Source: Utricularia gibba
Lineage: Eukaryota; Plantae; Magnoliophyta
Assembly: GCA_002189035.1 (NCBI GenBank)
Contig: CM007989.1
Coordinates: 6,324,001-6,388,000 of the forward strand
Direction of reading: 5' to 3'
DNA length: 64,000 bases
Under the pieces are notes generated by a model. It was not told where the DNA came from. It did no database searches and saw only the letters and a program-made list of their open reading frames with translations. A program made the position numbers and the translations under genes. Position 1 is the stretch's first letter, and every line of letters begins with the position of its first letter. Shown here one piece after another: positions 26,500 through 39,023 of this stretch.

Positions 26500-28250
26500 A
26501 AAAGGAAAATATAACATTTCACTTTCTCTTTAGTTTACTGAATATCGTTAGTCTTTAGTTTACTCAATATTTTACCTATGTGATTACATTTCTTACAATG
26601 TTTAAAATATTTTCTTCGATTTATGTTTATGAAATTATGCTTTACTTATCAAATATTATTGACTAGACTTAAAGGATGCCATAAGATGTGTAAGGGTGAT
26701 GTGATTTAGGATTTGCTAGGTAATCTACAATTGTGTATTTTTGCAGTTTGTTTCTAACATTTCTTGATAAACCTAAGGAGGGAAGCTAACATCATTGCAT
26801 CTCAAACCCTTGATTCAAAAGTAAAATAAAGATTCAAAATGGAAACAGTAGATTGTAAATCTTGTATAGAACCATTTGAATTGAGCAAACCTAATTGTAC
26901 ATGTTTTGCACATGTATAGACCTACGTGTAAAAGTATAAGGACACTAGGGACAACCTTATCCAAAATTAAGAGAAACAACTCAGTTAGATTTAAGTTGTT
27001 TAATGTGTGCAAATGCACAATTGGAAATTACACTAAGAACTTGATTAGAGTTATTTCGTGCATAAAACTAGAATTTATTATTTTTCCGTTTTGTACTTTG
27101 ATTTTGATTACTAAAATTGCACACTATTATTTATTTGACCTTGGACTAAAAGTGCAATTTATTTTGATTATACTAATAACACATATTTTTGAATGTTTGA
27201 GTTATATTTGAGTTATCACCATAGTATGCGTCTTTTACTCACAATTGGAACTAAATCTTGATTTAGTCTCCACCTTAGTTCTAATCACTTTTTTGAGTAA
27301 TACATCACGTTTTAATAGCCCAAATCCCAAAGAGTCGAAAAGTGAATAGTGGAGGCATCATGAAAACAGGACAAAAGATGAAAGAAGTAGACCAAATCCC
27401 AATGTGAAGAAGAAAAATAGATTTTTGGAATAATGAAAAAAGAGAAGACTATCCCTCATTTGAGAACATGCCATACACACTTATGAAGGGAGGAGGAAGT
27501 CATAACAGAACCATGGAGGATGAAAAAGACAAAACCATGATTCACATCATCTTTTGAAACTTTCTTCTGCTTATGAAAGACATTATTCTTAACTAGGAGT
27601 TGTTTTAGCTTTCCAGTGAAAATTATTTGTTATTTATGTTTCTGTTATGCGTTTTATGTTGTTGTTAAATTTTAGAACTAAGATGATGTTCATGAAATGC
27701 CATGAAAGTATTTCATTTCCCTTGTTATGAGTGGCTAGACACTTACAGGTACCTTGGAAAAAAAAAAGATAAGTATACTTATTGCTCACTAGACTATACT
27801 ATCACTTCATAATTCTACTAATTTAACAATCTAGGATAGATCTAGGAGATGGGGGTAGTGATTTTCATCATAAATAACCCTAATTAGAGGTAGATAAAAA
27901 ATGAGGGAGAAAAAAGGGTTTGGATAGACTTGAGACTTTTCTTATTAGATGAATGATTTTAGGTTTGAGTGGGATAGTTGTAGCTTGCTTTTCCTGAGTG
28001 TCCCAAGGCAGCACCTTCTTTTATTTTACATAAACATTTGCTTTTACCCGTTTACTATTTTTCTACACATTATTGTCGATCGGCTTTAATATTAACTTAG
28101 ACTAAATCTCTTAATCGTGACAAAATCCAAATACATTCACTTTCACATAGTAAGGACCTAGCTCATATTCAACCCTACTCCACTATGCTCATATTTTTCA
28201 TAGGATTGCTTGTAAATTAAGTTATAAATTTTATTTAATAGGAAAATTTA
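26500..28250. repeat. LTR-like dispersed repeat, copy C (longest in window)
   Basis: 27400-28200 aligns by eye with 12480-13260. No coding potential; boundaries approximate. Confidence 0.45.
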
Positions 28251-28329
28251 TAGTTTAACAATGATTCAATATTTTTTATTTATCATATGCATATTTGATA
28301 GGAAAATTTTTCTATTTTCTCAATTTCAT

Positions 28330-29160
28330 GCGTCCTTTCCTTGGAGATGGTCCATGACTTGGATGGCCTATGCCACATTGTTTTGACAAGGGTGCATTGT
28401 AGGAATTTAGATCAAAGAATTGTCGATGTTGGGCTCGGAATCCACGACCTTCAAAGGAGAACTTAGGATTTGTTTGATGTTGTGTCAAAAAACCCATGCA
28501 TGTATATTTCTGTTGAATGTCATCATTCAACTTCTTGCACATCTCAAATCTTTGTAACAGTGGGATGAGATCCTGATAAAAGGATCGAGGTTCCTTTTAA
28601 TATATTGGTAGCAAAAACATTATACCTCTAAATTGAGGCTTGAGAGAAGACATTATAATTGTTCACTATTGGTGATAATATCACCAATGCTAGTCAAACT
28701 ATTGCAAATAGACATGAACTTAATGAGATATTCATCAAGAGGTTGGTCAAAGAATTTTTGAAATTGAGCAAGTTAACATCGTAAAGCATAATGACATTCT
28801 TTTGATTTTTGAACATATGTGTTGAGAGCAACCAAAGGTGATATTGTCGTCTCACATTTGATTATCAAAGACCAGCTTTAAAAAGTTGATTTTTCAAACA
28901 CCGCTACATATATTGAACAATTTGAAGAGGTTGGAATTATTCTTAATCATCTTGTAGAAGAGTATATTTTGGTGGAGGTTGAGCCTCACTAGTGAGATGG
29001 TCATAAAGGCTTTGAGTCTTGACAACATTAATTGTCATTCCCCTCCAAAGTTGATTGTTGTTGTGCGTAAGTTTGACCATGATAGAATTCGCTATGTTAA
29101 TGGAACTTGCAACACACATGTTCGGGAAAAAAAAAGGGTGGAAGCAAATGACCATGGAAC
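28330..29160 (-). mobile_element. Degenerate Ty1/copia gag remnant
   Basis: KLTHNNNQLWRGMTINVVKTQSLYDHLTSEAQPPP (ORF 28943-29155) and DEYLIKFMSICNSLTSIGDII (about 28674-28736) resemble copia gag/UBN2 segments. Confidence 0.6.
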
Positions 29161-30009
29161 GATAAAAAATAGGTTAGCAAAGCAACAAATGCTCTAATAG
29201 GAATAGGAATAATTGTGGTGATGCAATTCAAGTGGACTATACAAACAAACAATAAAGTATTGAAATACACCCCTTTTCTAATCTGAAAAAGTACAAAATA
29301 AGTGCACACAATGCATACATATGACCATCTCATGCCCAAGTAATACATTCTAATTCAACATGTGACATTCCATATCTCAATTAAGAGTTAGACTTTTTAT
29401 TACTCATCTTCTTATGAATCCACTCCGTATAACTTTCCTTACCTTATTTCTACAACAATATACAACAAATATAGTTACTCACTTTAGATACCGATTTATC
29501 TAGTTTTGCATCCAAAACTTTTACATAACTTTACTCGTAAATGTGATGATTTTACAATATTTTCAACTAATATGCCAATGGCTATAAACTCTAACCTTGT
29601 AGCACATCATACAAAACTTATCAAAATACTCACATCATATTGAGAGTATAGGCTACCCAGATGGATCAAGAGTACAAATGAGTATCATCATCATCTGCAA
29701 AAAAAATCAGTTTATTCTTATACTAATTAACGGTAATTACAAAAACATCCTTTGTATATCGTACAAAAAGAACACTATAACAAATTTATGGTAACAAGAA
29801 AACTAGGGGATTCTTCTAAAAGTACTAGGCAACTTCTCAAGCTCATATCTAAGTTGTTTTCCATTGATCCACTTCAATGCTTATTCGTTTATGGTGCGGT
29901 GAGCGTAGATCAAACATTGTTCACGAAACTCAAAGAATCAAACGAACACAATTCTAAGGATGAAATTGCAAGTTTGCGTAAACTACTGTAACTCCTTCAA
30001 TTCCAAGCA

Positions 30010-32240
30010 TCAGATCCATCAAATTCTCTGTATGTGCATGAGTCAAAGAATCAAAGCCTTATCTTGATGTAGTTGGGATACACCATCAAGAATTTCTTTT
30101 ATTGGTACAGGAGCATGACCATGGTGCTAGAGGTCAAAAAAATTGGTGTTTATTAATAGTTGTGTGTCATGCCCTATGCCATCATACTCAACATTCATAG
30201 CTTAAAATGGAGTAGATATCATGGTATGTAGTTGGCTTGTTACTTCTATAACCCAAGATCATGTTGGAAATTTTAACTCCATTCTTTTAGCAAAGGATTT
30301 TTGAGATACTATTGAAAAGCAGTTCGGAAAAATGAATCAAGCTATAGTGTATCACATAGAACAAGAACTATATAGAATTTCTCAGGGTCCAATATCATTA
30401 ATTCAATATTATTCCCTGATGAAGAACATGTGAACAAACTTGAAAAGATTGATGTTAAGTAACTAGTACGTTATTTTGTATAGAACACAAACCATCAACT
30501 TAGTTCAATTTCCAAATGGATTGAATGACTATTATACTGCTACAGTAAGCCAAATTATCACAATGAAGCCTAAACCAAATTTGAATCAAGTGTATGCCAT
30601 GATAGTAATCATGGAAGGACAAATTAGAATAGAGGCAAACTTTAGCTATTCATGAAAGTTCATTGATAGCAAACAAATTTCCTATTGTCCCCCATCATAA
30701 CAAATTTTCAAGGATGCAAAACTAAATAAAGGATTCTAAAGGCCTCTTTTGCACCCATTGTAATCATGAATGTCATTTGAGAGAAACCTGCTATAAGTTG
30801 CATAGTTATCGAGACAAGTATAAGAAAAGAATGAGCAATCCCTCACACAAACAAATGTCCCTGGTGAATTTGTTTGATGCTAATATAACTTAATTTCTAG
30901 GTCAAACATCTGGTGATGCGAATGTTGAACTATTCAACACCCGAAAGCCAATTTCTGAAAAATTATTCAACGAGAACTACTCAAACTAGTTGCTTCTCAT
31001 ATGAAATTTGACTTTAAGTGCTAAGGGATTTTGCAAGTAGTTTTATCATTTTAAATACTATTTTATCAATGATAAGTTTCAAGAATTGAATCATAGATTT
31101 GGGGATCACCATAAATCCTTGTATCAATGATTCCTTTTTCATCAAAATAACACATATGTCTTTAGGAATTCTAATTTATTTCAATGATGGTTCCACTCAG
31201 TAGCCATTAAATTGGATGATGTCCAATACGTTCCCACTTTCAAACACAAATTGTTCTCAATTTCCAAGTTTATTAGGACTTGTTTTCTTTTACGGGACTA
31301 GTCTCTAAAGATATGTTAGGAGTAGAAACTCTATGTAATGGCCTTTGTATGCTAGAACAGTGATCTTTTTTGCCCCAAACTATTCAAATGTACTCTCTTG
31401 TTTTGCAAGAAAAACCATTATTAGGACATCAATATTTTTTGTTATATTCTACAACCGCCTTCTTGAGTTCCATGGCAATGTATTCGAGCCTTCCACAAGT
31501 GCCTGATTCATATTTTTTATGATATAACAAATTAGAGCATGTGCCTAATTCAAATACAAAACGTCGACCGCTAAATTGCTTTACCCGTAACCAATCATGC
31601 TATGTGTGCAAATTTACTCATTTTCATAGACTACCTTTTGATCTTCGTGAAAATCGAGCACCACTTCACTATACCTCCTTCATTGTGATACATGAGTACC
31701 ATATGCCACTAACAAAATCACGGGGCAAAACTATTTTCTTTTCTTCCTTGATGATTTTTTTAGAACCACATGGATTTTCTTCATTACTAGAAAACAAAAT
31801 CTTTACCACCTTTTGTTTTCTTTCATTTTTAAAATGGAAAAACTTTTAAGCCACTCGTTGAAATTCATCCAAACCAATAATGGTAGTGAATTCAAAAACC
31901 ATATAGTTCGCTCACATGCTAATCTTTTGGGAATTTTCTAACAATTTTCCTATCCATATACCGCCAAAAAAAATGATAGATTTGAAACAAAAATTGACAT
32001 CTACTTAAGGTCAAGCTATTTTATTTCAGTCCAATTTGGTGAATTAATTTTAAGGAGAAACCCTTCTGATAGCCACATTCCTCATCAACCGTTTACCCTC
32101 TTTGATCCTAAAATGGAAAACCCCATTACAAAGTGTTATTGAGAGACACAACAATTTATAACAACCTTAGTTAGAAGCTTTGATTGCTTTTGCTATGCTA
32201 TCAACTTGTGTGCTAGTCATACTGAAGTTGATATATATGC
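30010..32240 (+). mobile_element. Degenerate, internally deleted Ty1/copia element (gag, protease, integrase, trace of RNaseH)
   Basis: SDPSNSLYVH near 30010, MVCSWLVTSITQD near 30225-30265, zinc knuckle CTHCNHECHLRETCYKLHSY (30750-30809), protease *IIDLGIT (31087-31110) and integrase TNNGSEF (31873-31893). HTEVDIY near 32218 is RNaseH-like. No RT detected. Confidence 0.8.

Positions 32241-32246
<6 letters not shown>

Positions 32247-32322
<76 letters not shown>
32247..32322. repeat. (TA)38 microsatellite
   Basis: Read directly from the sequence. Confidence 0.95.
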
Positions 32323-32323
<1 letters not shown>

Positions 32324-32403
32324 TCTTTCATATCTATGGCGCAACCTCACTTTTCTTTTTGACCCTTTTTTTGCAATCGAAATACCATACCTAACCTAAT
32401 TTA

Positions 32404-32747
<344 letters not shown>

Positions 32748-32750
<3 letters not shown>

Positions 32751-32781
32751 AACTTCTTTCGAGGAATGGGCCAAACCGGGT
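32748..32781 (+). pseudogene. psaA: Plastid-derived psaA fragment (NUPT), about codons 20-30
   Basis: aaaacttctttcgaggaatgggccaaaccgggt translates KTSFEEWAKPG, the PsaA N-terminal sequence. Confidence 0.85.
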
Positions 32782-32802
32782 AATCGTTTTTACAGTGATC
32801 CA

Positions 32803-32838
32803 TTTTCGGGATGCCGCTAATAACCAACGAACGGCAAG
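32803..32838 (-). pseudogene. rps7: Plastid-derived rps7 fragment (NUPT)
   Basis: Reverse complement cttgccgttcgttggttattagcggcatcccgaaaa translates LAVRWLLAASRK, versus plastid Rps7 LAIRWLLAASRK. Confidence 0.85.
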
Positions 32839-32878
32839 GACCCTATTCACCTCTTTGAACTCCTATTGAATCGAGAAA

Positions 32879-32898
32879 TATATATATATATATATATA
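32879..32898. repeat. (TA)10 microsatellite closing the plastid-derived block
   Basis: Read directly from the sequence. Confidence 0.9.
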
Positions 32899-33196
32899 TT
32901 GGATATCTTTATAATTCCAAGGAATTCAAGTTGTATGATTTAAATAAAGCTGACTATTTGTCCAACTTTTATGATCACCTAAACTTCTAATTTCACTATA
33001 GAACCTTTGGTTTCCACCTTTTCACTATAAATCGTCGGACACAGAAAGAACGATTAGATTAAGGCACACCACACTTTATATTGACCCTCTTTGCACAGTG
33101 GCGTCTAGACCACGTTTCATTTAGGCTATTGAAGGGTAAAATTCATGCAAAGTGCGCAATTTTACGTCAAAATGTGAAATTTTGGACTCGGTTTGG

Positions 33197-33393
33197 GAGG
33201 GGCGCGCCAGGCCAAAGCAGTAGTGAAACACTATGGCGACGCATGAGGGCCCGAGCCAGCAAGCTGACTCATTGGACCCTCCCCCAATAAAAATTAATTT
33301 AATATCGTGTGGACCATTGGCCCACGTATCAGATATTAAACTGATAAGAACAGATACTACACTTGATCTTAGCCAAAAGGCCGAGAAAGGTAT
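33197..33393 (-). ncRNA. U2: U2 spliceosomal snRNA (variant in loop IV)
   Basis: Reverse complement starts ATACCTTTCTCGGCCTTTTGGCTAAGATCAAGTGTAGTATCTGTTCTTATCAGTTTAATATCTG with an intact GUAGUA branch-site recognition sequence. Stems III and IV can base-pair. Plant 3' box CA(N5)AGTCCAA at 33195-33182. The 3' end is uncertain by a few nt. Confidence 0.97.
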
Positions 33394-33418
33394 GTGTTAA
33401 CAAGCCGAAGCTTATTGG

Positions 33419-33470
33419 ATTATATCCATTGTGAGAGAAGCCCATCAACTTCTGACTTCCGATGTGGGAT
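33419..33470 (-). promoter_or_regulatory. Plant snRNA Pol II promoter: USE plus TATA
   Basis: Perfect USE ATCCCACATCG at 33470-33460 (-77 to -67) and TATAAT at 33424-33419 (-31). The 35-bp gap is the Pol II-type spacing. Confidence 0.92.
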
Positions 33471-33624
33471 AAAGTAACCTGCAGTATTTTTTTGAGAGAG
33501 CAACCTCACGCACATGTTGCGTTTTCTAAATTTGAGTGTTTTAGATTTTTTGTTAAATCAACATTTATTAATATTACAGACGTTTAAACTCACAATGCAT
33601 TATATTATTTTTAAATTTAGGAAA

Positions 33625-34104
33625 TTATTCTAAAAGTTTGGCCAGAAGCATTTTGCGGTTCGATTCAGGGTAAATTGAGATACGTTCCAAGACTTTAGCG
33701 GTTTGGATCGTCGACTCAGTGATGTAGGCCATTGAGTTACAGACGGAGCCCTTCAGGAGAGCAGCGGTAAATGAAGGCAGGTGGTTGTTGATGTAGTCGT
33801 GGTTCAAAGTCAGGCGACTCAGCCTTTCCCAGGCTCCCTTTTCCCGAGTTGGCTTCTCATCGGACCCCTGAAAGAAGCAGTCATTGACGAGCAATGAACG
33901 GCAAATTCTCCTCTGACGGGGTTGAGAAACTGTTCACCTACACCATAGATTCTGAATTCAATTCATCGCTTACTATTTCCGCCAACTGCCGTTTAGAAAC
34001 GACGAGGTCCGATGACGGTGGTGATTGCACTCCGCCGGGATCGAAGACCCGTGGACGATGAGGCGGCGGAGGGTGAGATTGGGTGTCGTCTGCGTCGACC
34101 ACAT
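33625..34104 (-). CDS. Candidate two-exon gene of unknown function (124 aa only if one base is restored)
   Basis: Donor ATA|GTAAGC at 33973 and acceptor TTCTTTCAG|GGG at 33868 are both phase 0 and join two open frames across a 106-nt intron. The ATG at 34104 is one base out of frame. No family recognised. Confidence 0.35.
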
Positions 34105-34873
34105 ATTGTGTATGGTAACCGGACACGTGTTTTTACTGAGGGCCACCCACCGCTAATTAATTTCAAAGGGTGCGTTTTAAATAGTTTAGGTTTGGGCAAT
34201 CTATATATATATTAAAATATATATAATTGAAAATAGATTCGATACATATTAAATATATTTAAAATAGATAGAAAAAAAAAAGAATAATTAAATTCACAGG
34301 GCTGGGATAGTGGCGCCCACTCATAAAGTACTTTAAAATGAAAGTATAGTTTTTTTCATAAATATCTTTAAAATGTTAACATGTTTGGTAATATATTTAA
34401 GTAAATGTAAAAAAACCTAAAATTCATTTAATTAATAGAATTTATGTATGAAAATAGTTCTTTTAATAAAAATTATTAAAGAAGGTAAATAATTATTTTA
34501 CAAATCATCTATATACATGCAATCTCAACAAAAATGTGCTTAAATCATAAACAAACCTACCAAATATAGTTAAAAGAGTTTCGAAAAACATGTTTAAAGT
34601 TATTATGTAATTATTTTACTGACTGAGGTGTGCATGCAAAAACATGTCTATAAATAACCTATTACATATCGAATTAGAAATTCCTTATCGGATTTATTAT
34701 AATGTATCTCCAACCTAAATTCACTACCTTTATGGGAGAAAAATGAAGGCAACAACTCAGATTCATCACTGACTAGTGACTGGTATCTAGATTCTAGACA
34801 AGGGGTTGGGGTAACGACTAAAACCTCCAATATATTCATTTGCGCCTGACCTAGAAGACTGGAGTGTTTCTCC

Positions 34874-34881
34874 TATAAATA
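34874..34881 (+). promoter_or_regulatory. TATA box of the VIT-like gene
   Basis: CCTATAAATA context, about 90 bp upstream of ATG 34972. Confidence 0.6.
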
Positions 34882-34971
34882 CTGCTGAAGCTAATGGCGG
34901 TGTGTGTGTGGTAACCACGTTGCATCACAGCGCATCTTTTGTGATCCTTTTCCAAAGGCATCTGAGCGGCC

Positions 34972-35601
34972 ATGGATGCCGGAAGATCCACCGCACCCGA
35001 GCGACAAACAACCACAGATCCGGTGGACATCGAAGACGCCGAAAACGAGTATTTTGATTACTTCAAGCGTTCCCAGTGGCTACGCGCCGCCGTCCTGGGC
35101 GCCAACGACGGCATCCTCTCGACGGCCTCCCTCATGATGGGCGTGGGGGCCGTCAGGAGGGATATCAAGACCATGATGCTCGCCGGATTCTCGGGCCTGG
35201 TGGCGGGGGCATGCTCCATGGCCATAGGGGAGTTTGTGTCCGTACACTCTCAGCTGGACATACAATTGGCCCAACTCCAAAGAGACAGGAAAAGGACAGG
35301 AGTCCCTCAAGACACCACAAGTCTGCCGAGCCCGACGCAAGCTGCCATGGCGTCCGCCGTTTCCTTCTCCCTGGGTGCGATGGTGCCTTTGTTGGCCGCC
35401 TGCTTCATCAAGCAGTATAAGGTGAGAGTCGCGGCGGTGGTCACCGCGGTGACCGTGGCGTTGGCAGTGTTCGGATGGGTCGGGGCGGCGCTCGGCCGGG
35501 CCCCGCCCCTGCGGTCCGCCGTGAGGGTGCTGGTGGGAGGGTGGCTGTCCATGGGCATCACCTTTGGGTTGACCAAACTTGTGGTGTCCACAAGCTTCTA
35601 A
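34972..35601 (+). CDS. VTL: Vacuolar iron transporter homolog (VIT/CCC1, nodulin-21-like), 209 aa, intronless
   Basis: Intact ORF with DYFKRSQWLRAAVLGANDGILSTASLMMGVGAV, GLVAGACSMAIGEFVSV and C-terminal RVLVGGWLSMGITFGLTKL. Confidence 0.95.
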   Translation: MDAGRSTAPERQTTTDPVDIEDAENEYFDYFKRSQWLRAAVLGANDGILSTASLMMGVGAVRRDIKTMMLAGFSGLVAGACSMAIGEFVSVHSQLDIQLAQLQRDRKRTGVPQDTTSLPSPTQAAMASAVSFSLGAMVPLLAACFIKQYKVRVAAVVTAVTVALAVFGWVGAALGRAPPLRSAVRVLVGGWLSMGITFGLTKLVVSTSF

Positions 35602-38406
35602 CCTTCACATTGAATGTCAATTATTATTACACACTCTTGCGGTTAGTAATAAGTTTCGAAATCATTTGTACTCGTCAAAGTCGATTTCATAATGAAGTGG
35701 GCATTATTGCGACCTCGTTAGCTGCTAAATTGGTTGATTTCCCTCATTGTTTGGTATCATTAAAATATTCTATTAAAGCAAATAGTCTCCAATCTAACAG
35801 ATAGAGAGACTGATCCCTTCCACCAAAGCCCAAAAATGGGCCCAACAGTCGGAACACCCATCGACTCAAGTCTCAGTTTATCAGGCCCACATCCAAGGCC
35901 CATTTTGTATAAATAGAAAATGGGATATTAAACATCTTGTCTTTCTTTCCTGGATACACCCATCCCAGTACTATTCTTTTCAAGATGTTTAACTTTGAAA
36001 TTATATCAGTATCCAAAAGATGAATGCATATACAATGAAATAACATTACATTGCGATTTTCGATTTGAGAACCATATCTTCAAAACCATGGACATCTACA
36101 TTATACGCGCATGGGTTGAGACAGTACCTTTGGGGCTGGGGTGGTTTTACTTTATCAATTATGATACTGTTTATCAAAACTTGTTGTTTCATGTGAGTTA
36201 GTTTTACTTCCTTTTTATTCCATATATTATAAATACATTTATCAATTAAAATAGGTATATTTTTCTCAAATTACAATCACACAAGGAATGCTTGTTTGAA
36301 CACGAGTAATTTAAACAAAATCATCAGTTAAACTGCGGTAACTTCACTCCCTCCATGGTCTCAGCGCAAGTTGCCCTTTTACCATGGTTATTAGAGAGTA
36401 GTTGCAGGGGATTTTAACCCGAAGAGGTGAAAATTGAAAAAGGGGGAAAATAGAAAAAGAAGAATCGTCCCACCACCCCACGTTGGTGGTGATAAATGAA
36501 GAGAATAAAAAGGAAAAGGGGGCATCCACATGGACGACACATGATGCATGTCGTCTACGCTCCACATGCCCCCAACCCAACCCAACCCAACCCTTGATTT
36601 AATTCCTTCTGCATGTGTTGCCTCCATAAACTTATATTTTACGGTGGCCCTCCCACGTACGCCGGAACGCCCTCGCCCTCCCTCCACCTCTGGACTGGAC
36701 GCCATCCACAACAAAGTCTGGAAACGCGCACACCTTTTGGCTTTCAGGGAATGCCTTTCTGCCCAACGCCAAGTTGTACCCTTTCTCTATTCCCTAATTT
36801 CTAGCCAGTCCAGTCCAGTCCAGGTACATACAAAAGAAGGAGATAATGCGACAAACACACATTGACAGCCATGAAGGCGACCATGCACGAACGCCAATCG
36901 TCAGTTTTTACCCTTGAGAACAAGGGTTTTTGGAGGTACAAGGGTTTGTGTGTGGAGATCCAAGTAGACTCCAAACATAAAAAAAATAATTCGAATGAAA
37001 CTAGTAGATGTTGTAAGGACACATTTCTATCTTTAATAATATTATTCATTTTTAATACTAAACTTTCTCTTAAATTCATACTTATCGAAGAAAAGACCCC
37101 ATTTGAATGACCCCTTTATCTAAACACATCTTTTTTTCCATCTATAATCAACGTAGAATACTGTCAAGACCCCAAAGCTTATAGATGTAAACTCCTTCTT
37201 TATTTCTATGAGAATTTGCTTCCTTTTTCTTTTACACAAACAATTGAAAAGGGGTAGAAGTGGAGTGGAGGAATTGAGGGTGCAATGTTGTGTCTTAAAT
37301 GGATGCCTTTTTCTCTATTCATTTTCTTTTCTAGATATAACAATCATTGGAGAAGCCCATTTATATTGTCTAGTAATCATGAGATCAACTTCCAAATAGG
37401 GAACACCTCTTTCCCAAGAATTCTATACTATGGTTTTTTTTTTCGCATGATCAAATATGGGATTGGGTGAAATATGTAAGTGTAAATTTTCGCACTTGAA
37501 ATCAGTCACTCGCTGTCAAATGATATTTACCTCGTCCCCTGGGTAACTGTTTTCACAGATGCGATGCGGTTATGACGTTATATAATTACCTACCTACCGC
37601 TATTTACTGGTGCCCACGGACACGGCGTTATCTTATTCCTCACAAGCCGTGTCCTGGTCCACCCCCGTGTCTTTTTACTTGTCTCTCTCCATGTGACGTT
37701 CAGCGTGCGACATTTAATTGCTAAAAAACCCTCTTTCTGGTTGGCCACCATATTCCCATACATCCACTCCACGTGGAATGTAATTAAAAATAAGTGTGGG
37801 GTGTGCTGCGCAATTATTATTAATACTATTATAGTTATCTTCTGGTTGGGAATAATAAATTAATAATTAATACGCTCGCGGGGAAGGTGGAAAACCCAGG
37901 CAAGGCAAACCCAGCTTCCCTCCCTTTAACGGCCGGAGGAACCGTCCAGACAATAACCAACCGTATTACTGCATTAATCAGATAAACAACCGTCCGTACG
38001 GTATACCAATATTTTAATTTGTTTGATAGTACTTAATACTTGGATAACCATAATAAATCTCAAGTTAATTTGTACCTTCATCACATAAACCTAATACTAA
38101 TCCATCGCATGATTTTAGTGGCACGTGACCAGTCCAAAATCTCAAGTCTTGCGTGTAGATGACACATCATTCAAACTTAATCCATGGCAATATTGGAATT
38201 CTATTCTCGATCGATTTTGTAACAATAAAGTACGGAAGGTAGATATATACGGTTCTACTAAATGTTCACTACTACTTTGGCCTGCCCCGTTTAGGTGCCA
38301 TCATCAATGACGTTATCATGGAGGACTAGCGGTGTCTTTTCCCATCCCGTTACTCGTTGGCAACTTGGCTACGGTCACGTTTCCCATTCCAGAAGTAACA
38401 AACTTA

Positions 38407-39023
38407 GGGCTAGTTTGGACCTGGTAGTGCAGAATACATTAGTTTTATTTGGATAGGAAATACACAATATGATTTATTTAAACCTGCAATTTCCCAAGCT
38501 GACTATATTGATTGGTTTGTTAATATCTAGGCTTTAAATGCTAGTTTTGGACAATTTTAACCTTTTATTTATAATCTTATTTAATATTGATATTTTCTTA
38601 ATAAAATTCTAAAGCCTTATCTCCACACCCTTATTCTGTGTTGACATCCTCCTACCTCACGTATGTGAAGTCTTTGAATTTATGCACCACCAAAAGTAAA
38701 TGTTGATTTAAATCTTTTTATGTTGCTTTGATTATCTTTTTTTTGTATATTTTGTTGTTTTTGTTGGGATTGCTGGTATAGGGGGAGGGATCGTTTTATA
38801 GATGGGATAAAAATATATTAAATAATTTAATTTAAAATATTAATTAATTCATTAATCCAATAATAAATGTTTATATTGATTTTATATAAAAATCAGTTTT
38901 TTGTATAATTTTTTTTAGTATATCAAACATGAAAATTCGTTAAACTTAACTAAATGTAAACGTATCAAATATTCCAGATAACTCTAATCCAATTTATTCC
39001 TATCCTATCTACCAAAATGGCCC
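38407..39023. mobile_element. Tourist-like (PIF/Harbinger) MITE, 617 bp
   Basis: TIRs GGGCTAGTTTGG (38407) and CCAAAATGGCCC (ending 39023, reverse complement GGGCCATTTTGG). TTA target-site duplication at 38404-38406 and 39024-39026; AT-rich interior. Confidence 0.8.

Noticed and set aside
32206-32394. 62-aa ORF with (IY)n
   Set aside because: It is the translation of the (TA)38 microsatellite.
35076-35804. Overlapping and antisense ORFs on the VIT-like gene (likewise over the DUF241 and trihelix genes)
   Set aside because: Expected shadow ORFs of GC3-rich genes, with no recognisable motifs.
35884-35894. USE-like GGCCCACATCC before a TATA
   Set aside because: The 13-bp spacing fits neither Pol II nor Pol III snRNA promoters. 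It is better explained as a site II element.
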